The translations under genes were made by a program, and so were the position numbers. The notes beneath the pieces are model-generated. The model searched no databases and was not told the origin of the DNA. It was given only the letters and a program-made list of their open reading frames with translations. Below, one piece after another: positions 16,246-23,525 of a stretch of 23,525 nucleotides of DNA. This DNA is from a bacterium (GTDB lineage: Bacteria > SZUA-182 > DTGQ01), in assembly GCA_040752695.1 (NCBI GenBank), contig JBFMGO010000096.1:1-23525 (forward strand). Reading direction: 5' to 3'. The stretch's first letter is position 1; every line of letters starts with the position of its first letter.

Positions 16246-19194
16246 CTATGCGATCTCGATGGCTCTGTCTGGTTCTATGGCCTCCCTCAGAGTCCGGAGC
16301 AGGTCAACCAGGGGAACAGGTTTATGGAGAAACTGGAATCCACGCTGCTGAATCATGGTCCACTGCGACCGTTTATCCGGATAGCCGCTGATCAGGATGA
16401 CGTGGAGTCTGGGCCGAAGCAGGAGAAGCTGGTCAGCCACTTCAAGAGCAGTCTGGTCGGGCAGCACCACATCGCTTAGGAGCAGATCGAAGTCTCCCTT
16501 TTCCTGCCCGAAGACGGAGATGGCATCCATAGCGGTTGCAGCCGTAAAGACAACATAGCCATTTTCACGGAGCATGGTGGCGGTCAGTTTCCGGACTCCC
16601 TCCTCATCCTCAACCAACAGGATACGCTCACCCCTACCCTGATATTTTTTTACCGAAGCAGATTCCCTGACTTTCTTTTCCGGGCTCATCAAAGAGGCAG
16701 GCAGGTAAATGTCAAAGGTTGAGCCTTGTCCTGGCTTACTGCAAACATCGATCCACCCCTCGTGCTGCTTGATGATGCCGTAGACTACGGAGAGACCGAG
16801 CCCGCTGCCCTTGCCGATCTCCTTGGTGGAAAAAAAAGGTTCGAAGGCACGGGACAGGATATCTTCACTCATGCCGCATCCCGTATCGCTCATCGACAGA
16901 CACACAAATTGACCGGCTCGCGCTTCGGAAGGCGCTGTCTTCACCTGTTCATCACCCATGGTCAGGTTTCTGGTTCTGATCATAAGCTTCCCCCCTTTTG
17001 ACATGGCATCCCGGGCATTGATCGCCAGATTCATGATCACCTGCTCGATATTTCCCTCATCAGCCAGAACGGCCCACAGGTTTGGCTCCTGGTCGATCTC
17101 GATAGTAATATCCTCGCCGATGACGCGGTGGATCATTTTAAGCAGTTCATCGACCGTATTATTGAGATTGAGGGAAACAGGCTCAGTCGGCTGCTTGCGG
17201 CTGAAGAGGAGCAACTGGCGGGTAAGATTGGCAGCCCGGCCGGCAGCCATACGGATTTCTTTCAGGTCCATGGCAATGGGATCGTCTTCACTGATTTCCA
17301 AAAGGGCAAGCGTGGCATGCCCCTGGATCATCGTCAAAAGGTTATTGAAATCATGGGCTACGCCTCCGGCCAAAAGGCCGATCGCCTCCATCTTCTGTGC
17401 CTGAATAAGCTGGGCCTGGATTTTTTCTTTTTCCTCCTCGATCCTTTTGCGGCCGGTGATGTCGCGCATAATGGCCATCACGGCAGGTTTGCCATGATAT
17501 TGGATAAGGCCGCTCGAAACCTCTCCTTGCTTTATGCTTCCATCTTTGCACACGAGCTTTACTTCAAACAGCGGGGGCACCTTTCCTCCACTGAGCCGCA
17601 GGGTATAGATCCAGGAAGCCAATGCCCTGGATTCAGGCGCAATGAGCTCTCGAAAACGCGTGTCGAGTAACTCTTCGACTGAATAGCCGATCATCCGGGC
17701 CGCTGCCATGTTAAAGAACTTTACGGTTCCGTCCTGAATAATAACTACCGCATCCTGGGCATGCTCTACCAGGGCAGAATACTTGGCCTCAGACTCCCTC
17801 AGGTTTTCCTCGGCTTTTTTCCACTCGCTGACATCCTTGAGAAAGACAATGATGCCGAGCAATTCTCCCGCCGTACCGCGGAAAGGAATGGCTGCAAAAG
17901 AGCAGGGGATTTTAGCGCCGTCTTTGCGCACTATCTTCTTATCAGATTCAATAAGCTCCTCGCCGCTGACAATCCGGTCGATCGGGCAATCCAGTGTGTT
18001 GCAAGCGGAATGATGATACAGTTCAGAGCAGCGATAGCCGGTGAGTTCATCTCTACTGCGGCCAAGCAGGGTACAAAAGGCCTTATTTACCCGAAGATAC
18101 TTATGGTCCCGATCGATGATAGCTATTCCTTCTACCGCACCATCGAATATCTGACTAAGCTCCTTGCAAACGGTTTTCGTTATTTCTTCGGCCCGATAAC
18201 GCTCGATGAATTCAGCCTGCAATTGCTCATTGGCCTTGATCAGCCGTGCCGTGCGCTCTTTGACCAGTTCCTCGAGGTGGCAGTGATATTTATGCAGTTC
18301 CTCTTCAGCCTGCTTTCGCGCAGTGATATCTGTAGATATCCCCGCTACTTTCAGGATATGTCCACTCGCATCCCTGATGGGAAAGCCTCGATTCTGAATC
18401 CAGCGGATTGTTCCATCGGGCCGCACGATGCGGTATTCAAAATTACTTGCATATCCTGCGGCATGCTCCCGAAATCCATTGAATACGCGCTCCCGGTCTT
18501 CAGGATGGATTGCATCGATCAATGCCTTGGGGGATTGATATAAACTCTGTACACTGTAACCCCAGATCTTCTCGTAGCCAGGGCTGACATAATGTATATC
18601 TGTGGCCCCGGGCGTACTTATCCAGAAAACATCCTCGATAGTCTCCGTTACCAGCCGGAATTTCTCTTCACTCTCCCGCAGGGCCTGTTCGGCCTCTTTT
18701 CGCCGCGTAATATCCTCGACTATGCCCGCGGTCCTGAATCCCCGGCATTCTTTCCTGATGAAGAACAACCGGGATAAAACCCACTTTATCGTTCCATCGG
18801 GCATGACTATCCTGTACTCTTCACAGAAAGGAACTCCGTATTCCTTCTCAGCTTTTAGTGACTTAATAAGCCGGTCCTTATCCTCCGGATGGATGCTTTC
18901 CAGAAAAGAGTCCGGATCTTGGTAGAGGCTCTGACAACTTCGCCCCCAGAGCTCTTCATAAGCAGGGCTGATGTAAAGCATTTTATCCCTGTTTCTGAGC
19001 CAAAAAACCAGATGGTTATTTTCAGCCCATTCCTTCAAATACTCCTCACTCCGAATAACTGCTTTATATTCATCTTCATCAGCTTTGTATCCATCATCGC
19101 ATTCATCTTTATCAGCTTCCAGTTCGGTAATCCGCTGTCGCAAGCCGGTCAATTCCTGGATCAGTTGCTCTTTCGTCTTATCTTGATCTCTCAT
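16246..19194 (-). CDS. Cytoplasmic hybrid sensor histidine kinase (4 PAS/PAC, HisKA, HATPase, REC)
   Basis: Four PAS domains ending DIT/DVS. H-box AHDFNNLL, N-box NLAINARDAM, DTGCGM, FEPFFSTK, GSGLGL, and a C-terminal REC. No TM segment. ATG 19194 (MRDQDKTKEQLIQEL) preferred over TTG 19203. Confidence 0.95.
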   Translation of the reverse strand: MRDQDKTKEQLIQELTGLRQRITELEADKDECDDGYKADEDEYKAVIRSEEYLKEWAENNHLVFWLRNRDKMLYISPAYEELWGRSCQSLYQDPDSFLESIHPEDKDRLIKSLKAEKEYGVPFCEEYRIVMPDGTIKWVLSRLFFIRKECRGFRTAGIVEDITRRKEAEQALRESEEKFRLVTETIEDVFWISTPGATDIHYVSPGYEKIWGYSVQSLYQSPKALIDAIHPEDRERVFNGFREHAAGYASNFEYRIVRPDGTIRWIQNRGFPIRDASGHILKVAGISTDITARKQAEEELHKYHCHLEELVKERTARLIKANEQLQAEFIERYRAEEITKTVCKELSQIFDGAVEGIAIIDRDHKYLRVNKAFCTLLGRSRDELTGYRCSELYHHSACNTLDCPIDRIVSGEELIESDKKIVRKDGAKIPCSFAAIPFRGTAGELLGIIVFLKDVSEWKKAEENLRESEAKYSALVEHAQDAVVIIQDGTVKFFNMAAARMIGYSVEELLDTRFRELIAPESRALASWIYTLRLSGGKVPPLFEVKLVCKDGSIKQGEVSSGLIQYHGKPAVMAIMRDITGRKRIEEEKEKIQAQLIQAQKMEAIGLLAGGVAHDFNNLLTMIQGHATLALLEISEDDPIAMDLKEIRMAAGRAANLTRQLLLFSRKQPTEPVSLNLNNTVDELLKMIHRVIGEDITIEIDQEPNLWAVLADEGNIEQVIMNLAINARDAMSKGGKLMIRTRNLTMGDEQVKTAPSEARAGQFVCLSMSDTGCGMSEDILSRAFEPFFSTKEIGKGSGLGLSVVYGIIKQHEGWIDVCSKPGQGSTFDIYLPASLMSPEKKVRESASVKKYQGRGERILLVEDEEGVRKLTATMLRENGYVVFTAATAMDAISVFGQEKGDFDLLLSDVVLPDQTALEVADQLLLLRPRLHVILISGYPDKRSQWTMIQQRGFQFLHKPVPLVDLLRTLREAIEPDRAIEIA

Positions 19195-19401
19195 ATTCTG
19201 CAACGCTCGAAAGGTTAGGATAAAGGAAATCCCCCCGTCTTTTCACCTGTGGTTTTATTGGTTTGTTTAAGTCCGTACTTTCCCCCTCCTAAAATTATAC
19301 AACGGGACCAGGTCGCTTTTAAAGGCTTAAGTAATTCACATTAACTTTTTCGAAAAACGGTAATGGAACGCTATCAAGGAAATTATCCTGTCTTAAATAT
19401 A

Positions 19402-19430
19402 TTGCTAAAAAATGTCAAGTGATGTAAAAT
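19402..19430 (+). promoter_or_regulatory. Candidate sigma70 promoter in the divergent intergenic region
   Basis: TTGCTA-17 nt-TAAAAT. A minus-strand TTGACA (19413-19418) lies in its spacer. Confidence 0.45.
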
Positions 19431-19539
19431 ACATTAACAAATTTTAATTCCCTGAAATGATCATATGTATCAATAAACGGATTATTGATACCTAATAAGT
19501 CTTTGATTGATAAGGAATGTTAGATCAGCCATAAATAAC

Positions 19540-21426
19540 ATGGATAACATGGATAACATGAGTAAAGATGAACCAATTTCATTGCAATTGGATGATTTAC
19601 GGCGGCAGGCTGACAAAATCCTTCAGCTAAACCCTGAGCAATTGCAGGGATTTTCGGCTGAAGAGATTCATCACCTGATCCAGGAACTGGGGATGTACCT
19701 GGTCCGGCTGGAGATGCACACAGAAAGGTTCCATCGAGCTCAGGAAAAATCGGACCAGTTACTCGAAAGATATATCAATCTTTTTGACTTTGCACCGACA
19801 GGTTATTTTATCTTTGATAAAAACGGATTGATCCTGGACGCAAACCATACTGGTGCCAGCCAACTGGGCCAGGAGAAAGACCACCTGATTGGTCAGCCTT
19901 TTGTCCTCTTTGTGGTGCAGGAGCACAGAGATATGTTTTTGATACATCTGAGGCAGGTTTTTCGATCTCAGTCTCAGGACCGGCATATCCTTGAACTCAA
20001 ACTCACGAGGGGTAATGGAGCGGAATTTTATGCCCGGATAGAGAGCATCAGGGCGAATGACAGACAGGGTAATGGTTACCATTGCCGAACAATGGTAGAC
20101 GATATATCAAAACATAAAAAAATGGAAGAAGAATTGCAGAGAACCCAGAAGATTAAATCTGCCGGTGTCCTGGCTGGCAGTATCGCTCATGAGTTTAGAG
20201 AGGTTCTGATGGTTATTATCGGTGCTCTTTCTCTGGCCAAAATGTATCCTGAAGATGGAAACAAAGTTCTCGATTTTGTGGATCAGGCAGAGGCGGCAGC
20301 CATACGTGCCAAAAATCTGACTCAGCATTTACTTGCTTTTTTCAGGAGCGAAACACTGATCAGGAGGACTGTTCGCCTTCCTGAATTTCTGAACAACGCA
20401 GCCGATACCGATGCTGATGGCTGCGATGCAAGGGGCTGCGATATAAGAGACCGGGCAGGAGGCTACGATGCAAGGGGCTGCGATATAAGAGACTACCAAG
20501 ACAGAAGCTGCGATGCAAAAGGCAATGATGCAAAGGGCTATAATAGCGCAAAAAGCTGCGATGCAAAAGGCTATGGTGCAAAAAACTGCACCATAAAAAC
20601 CGAATATTCATTGCCTGCCGATCTGTGGCCGGTTGCAATTGACGAGAGGCAGATAAGGCAGGTCATCGATGTCTTGATCACGGCTGCCGAGCAGGCCATG
20701 CCTGAAGGGGGAACAATCAAGATAACTGCCGAAAACTTCGTTGTCGGAGCCGAAGAAAGCCTGCCGCTGAAAGATGGAAATTATGTCAAAGTATCAATAA
20801 AAGACCAGGGCTGGGGTTTGCGGAAAGAAGATCTTTATCGGATATTCGACCCCTGCTTCAGCCCGACAGCTAAAGGGAGCGGATTAGAGCTGGCAGCCAG
20901 CTATTTAACGATCAGAAAGCATGGGGGCCATATAAGCGTAGAATCTCAGTTCGGAAGCGGTACGACTTTCGCCCTCTATCTTCCTGCTGTCCTCCAGCAG
21001 AGGGAATCATATGTGCGAAAGAGCGGGAAGCAAAAATCCTGTCCTGCCCGCAGGAGGATCCTGCTTATGGAAGATGAGAAAATTGTCAGACATACTGCCG
21101 GGCAGATGCTCGAATACTTTGGCTACGAGGTCGAATTCGCTCTCGATGGTGTTGAAGCCATCAATCTGTATAAAAAGGCCAAAAAATCAGGGCATCCCTT
21201 TGATGCGGTCATTATGGACCTCAAAATCCCGGGAGGTATGGGAGGTGTGGAAGCGATTCAGGAACTGCGTAGATTGGACCCTGAGGTCAAAGCAGTTGTT
21301 TCGAGCGGTTACGCTGACGATCTGGTCATGTCCCAATTCAAGCGCTACGGTTTCAGTGCTGCTATAGCCAAGCCGTATAGAATCCAGGAACTGACCGATA
21401 TACTTCAGTTCATCATCGGCAAATGA
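19540..21426 (+). CDS. Hybrid histidine kinase-like protein (PAS, HisKA, degenerate HATPase, REC); start uncertain (19507/19540/19549/19558)
   Basis: LFDFAPTGY PAS, LAGSIAHEF H-box, DQGWG, GGHISVES, and an intact REC (MED, MDLKIPGG, SSGY, KPY). N and G2 boxes are altered. Confidence 0.92.
   Translation: MDNMDNMSKDEPISLQLDDLRRQADKILQLNPEQLQGFSAEEIHHLIQELGMYLVRLEMHTERFHRAQEKSDQLLERYINLFDFAPTGYFIFDKNGLILDANHTGASQLGQEKDHLIGQPFVLFVVQEHRDMFLIHLRQVFRSQSQDRHILELKLTRGNGAEFYARIESIRANDRQGNGYHCRTMVDDISKHKKMEEELQRTQKIKSAGVLAGSIAHEFREVLMVIIGALSLAKMYPEDGNKVLDFVDQAEAAAIRAKNLTQHLLAFFRSETLIRRTVRLPEFLNNAADTDADGCDARGCDIRDRAGGYDARGCDIRDYQDRSCDAKGNDAKGYNSAKSCDAKGYGAKNCTIKTEYSLPADLWPVAIDERQIRQVIDVLITAAEQAMPEGGTIKITAENFVVGAEESLPLKDGNYVKVSIKDQGWGLRKEDLYRIFDPCFSPTAKGSGLELAASYLTIRKHGGHISVESQFGSGTTFALYLPAVLQQRESYVRKSGKQKSCPARRRILLMEDEKIVRHTAGQMLEYFGYEVEFALDGVEAINLYKKAKKSGHPFDAVIMDLKIPGGMGGVEAIQELRRLDPEVKAVVSSGYADDLVMSQFKRYGFSAAIAKPYRIQELTDILQFIIGK
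20419..20589 (+). repeat. In-frame 15-nt tandem repeat encoding [GS][CYN]D[AI][RK] pentapeptides
   Basis: GGCTGCGATGCAAGG, GGCTGCGATATAAGA, GGCTACGATGCAAGG, AGCTGCGATGCAAAA, GGCAATGATGCAAAG and further copies. Confidence 0.9.
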
Positions 21427-21558
21427 GCAGCCGAGTCGATTGGAGTCGTCCCGGTTGGAGTTGTTTTAACAGGTGTTGTCTCCATAGTTCTCTAGCGACA
21501 GCCAACCTCGCCATTACGAAAAATTAACCTCGATTTCACTCCTTGAATGGTAATCATA

Positions 21559-21591
21559 TCTTTTATGACCATCATATATAGTCATAAAAGA
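21559..21591. promoter_or_regulatory. 11-bp perfect inverted repeat (operator or terminator)
   Basis: TCTTTTATGAC-11 nt-GTCATAAAAGA between the kinase and glycosyltransferase genes. Confidence 0.45.
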
Positions 21592-21850
21592 GAGGAGTTA
21601 CCCAACTCTATCAATCAATCCTGTGGAAATGTTTTATAATATCTGCATGTTATACAGAAAAATGAATCCCTTTCTTCTGGATATTTAATCGATTTCAGGA
21701 TACACTAGAGAGGTTTCCAAGTGTGGAGATATGAAAATCCCCCGGCCATCTCCCCGATGTGGCTGTGTATTTGATGCGCCGTGTACTAAGGGCGCTGATA
21801 TACGGTCCAAGGTAAGAGTAACACATTATTGCGAAAAAGGACGAATACTT

Positions 21851-22945
21851 TTGAAAGTTTTACACGTAGATACCGGCAAGGAATGGAGAGGAGGACAGCG
21901 ACAGGTATTTTTTCTTCACCAGGGATTGACCTCTCTGGGGATTGAGAGTCTGGTGGCAGCCCACCCCAGGGGGCATCTCTTCCAAAGGTCGGCGGAACCG
22001 AAAACCCCTTTATCCAGCAGGGGAGAGTGTGACCTTGTGGCCGCCTGCAGGCTGGCTCGGATTTTAGGACGGTTTTCTCCTGATATTGCCCATGCTCATG
22101 ATGCCCATGCCCATACCCTGCTTCTTTTAGCCACGGTTTTTAATGGAAAGCCTCGTCTGGTTGTTTCCCGGCGGGTGGATTTTTCTATCACCCGGTCTCC
22201 CTGGAGCAGGTGGAAGTACCTGAATCCACGGCTTGACAAAATCATTACCGTTTCACAGGGAATTAAAAATGTACTGATTCACGACGGACTGCCGGAAAAC
22301 AGGATCAGTGTGGTTCACAGCGGTGTTGCGGTTACGCAAAGGCCCAGGACCACGGAGGCGAGCCTTGAGGTTCGGCAGCGGTTGCCGATTCCCGCAGGGG
22401 CTAAAATCGTAGGATGCGTGGCCAACTTTGCCGGTCACAAGGATCACCGGACGCTGCTTCGGGTATTCCAGGCACTGGCTGAGAAGGAGCGGGATGTCTA
22501 CCTTCTGCTGGTGGGAGATGGCCCTCTTTATGCCGAAATCAGGGCCGAGAGCCAAAAAATCCCCTGTGCTGACCGGATCGTTTTTACCGGGTACCAGGAG
22601 GATGTCTACCCCTATCTGATGAATTTCGATGTCTTTATTCTGACCTCCTATCTCGAAGGGTTGTGTACCTCGCTGATCGATTCCCTCGTCTGCCAGGTTC
22701 CGATTGTGGCCAGTAGAACCGGAGGCATTCCTGAAGTGGTCCGGGATGGGGAAAATGGTTTCCTGGTGGACGTGGGAGACATTTCCGGCTTCGTGGCAGC
22801 GATTGGGCGACTTTTGCATAATCCTCCCTGTTATAGAACCTTCCAGGAAAATTGTGTGATATCCGCTCAAAAGTTTTCGGTTGAAAATATGGTTGCCGGA
22901 ACAGTAGAAATTTACCGCCAGATTGAGAGAGAAAGCAGGCAGTAA
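21851..22945 (+). CDS. Glycosyltransferase family 4 (GT-B)
   Basis: Likely TTG start at 21851 after AAAGGA, giving MKVLHVDTGKEWRGGQRQV. HAH, HKDH, VGDGP, EGLCTSLID and GGIPEVV motifs. Confidence 0.93.
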   Translation: MKVLHVDTGKEWRGGQRQVFFLHQGLTSLGIESLVAAHPRGHLFQRSAEPKTPLSSRGECDLVAACRLARILGRFSPDIAHAHDAHAHTLLLLATVFNGKPRLVVSRRVDFSITRSPWSRWKYLNPRLDKIITVSQGIKNVLIHDGLPENRISVVHSGVAVTQRPRTTEASLEVRQRLPIPAGAKIVGCVANFAGHKDHRTLLRVFQALAEKERDVYLLLVGDGPLYAEIRAESQKIPCADRIVFTGYQEDVYPYLMNFDVFILTSYLEGLCTSLIDSLVCQVPIVASRTGGIPEVVRDGENGFLVDVGDISGFVAAIGRLLHNPPCYRTFQENCVISAQKFSVENMVAGTVEIYRQIERESRQ

Positions 22946-23054
22946 AATTGCAATTCCTAATCGGGAAGAGAAAAATCCCTTCTCCAAAAAATAGTGTCAT
23001 GCGCTGGTGTTGAAGCTCACGCTCGATGGTTCCAAAACAGATGGAGGTCTTTAC

Positions 23055-23525
23055 ATGTCGTCACTGAAAGGCAGTTATTGGTCCTGTTCCCTATTCGTCA
23101 TTATTCTTATGCTATTTATCATTTTCCCTATGACAGCAAGAGCTCAATTTCCGCTCGGTCTGCCGTCTTCGCTGATTTCTCCGTTAGCTGCCCCCTACGG
23201 CCTTGGAGGGATTGGTCTTTCTCCTTATGGACAGATTCCAGGCTATGGTCAATATCCTGCCAGTGGCGCTTCCCTCTATCAATCTGCCCAATATCCATAC
23301 ACGCTGAATCCCTACGGGCAGCAGAATCCCTACGGGCAGTATCAATACGCGCAGAATCCCTACGGGCAGCAGAATCCCTACGGGCAGTATCAATACGCGC
23401 AGAACCCCTACGGGCAGCAGAATCCCTACGGGCAGTATCAATATGCGCAGAATCCCTACGGGCAGTATAATCCCTATGGGCAATATCAATACGCGCAGAA
23501 TCCCTACGGGCAGAATCAAAACTCG
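23055..23525 (+). CDS. Secreted protein with Q/N/Y/G/P-rich low-complexity repeats, 5' part only (not in the ORF track)
   Basis: GGAGG 7 nt before ATG 23055. MSSLKGSYWSCSLFVIILMLFIIFPMTARA-QF is a signal peptide with an AxA site. The frame is open for 157 codons to the window end. Confidence 0.8.
   Translation, partial: MSSLKGSYWSCSLFVIILMLFIIFPMTARAQFPLGLPSSLISPLAAPYGLGGIGLSPYGQIPGYGQYPASGASLYQSAQYPYTLNPYGQQNPYGQYQYAQNPYGQQNPYGQYQYAQNPYGQQNPYGQYQYAQNPYGQYNPYGQYQYAQNPYGQNQNS
23307..23513 (+). repeat. 48-nt tandem repeat (4.3 copies) encoding NPYGQQNPYGQYQYAQ
   Basis: Units start at 23307, 23355, 23403, 23451 and 23499, each built from 18-nt and 30-nt subunits. Confidence 0.95.

Noticed and set aside
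21731..21850. N-terminal extension of the glycosyltransferase
   Set aside because: GT4 homology begins at LKVLHVD, with an RBS-like AAAGGA before TTG 21851.
1501..22987. Many antisense or alternative-frame ORFs inside the large genes (e.g. 2714..3346, 9678..10529, 17761..18543, 22253..22987)
   Set aside because: They fully overlap well-supported genes and have no recognisable motifs, as expected for shadow ORFs.
23307..23513. Possible CRISPR array
   Set aside because: The repeats are contiguous with no unique spacers, unit lengths are multiples of 3, they lie in a signal-peptide ORF, and no cas genes are present.
22994..23519. ORF-track ORFs 22994..23470 (+) and 23184..23519 (-)
   Set aside because: These are shadow frames of the tandem repeat. 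The frame from 23055 has the RBS, signal peptide and mostly synonymous repeat variation.

Overview
Chromosomal window from a diderm bacterium (an outer-membrane beta-barrel and lipoproteins are present; the lineage cannot be assigned from sequence alone). From left to right: (i) a ~900-nt intergenic cluster of mobile-element remnants (3' end of a group II intron, a GTAG-type REP pair, two MITE-like elements, dispersed repeats); (ii) a minus-strand gene pair encoding an outer-membrane beta-barrel and a ~1720-aa lipoprotein made of four tandem ~410-aa Ig-like/Ca-binding modules; (iii) a large-type purL with several low-complexity insertions and a strongly base-paired 5' leader; (iv) a small lipoprotein, a PIN-toxin/antitoxin pair with a palindromic operator, and an amidohydrolase; (v) a signalling cluster with an intact multi-PAS hybrid kinase, a divergent hybrid kinase with a degenerate ATP-binding domain and a Cys-rich pentapeptide insertion, and an NtrC-like regulator lacking GAFTGA and Walker B; (vi) a GT4 glycosyltransferase; (vii) the 5' part of a secreted protein with NPYGQ prion-like repeats that the ORF track misses. 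Short tandem-repeat expansions occur throughout the window. No CRISPR array, tRNA or rRNA was seen.
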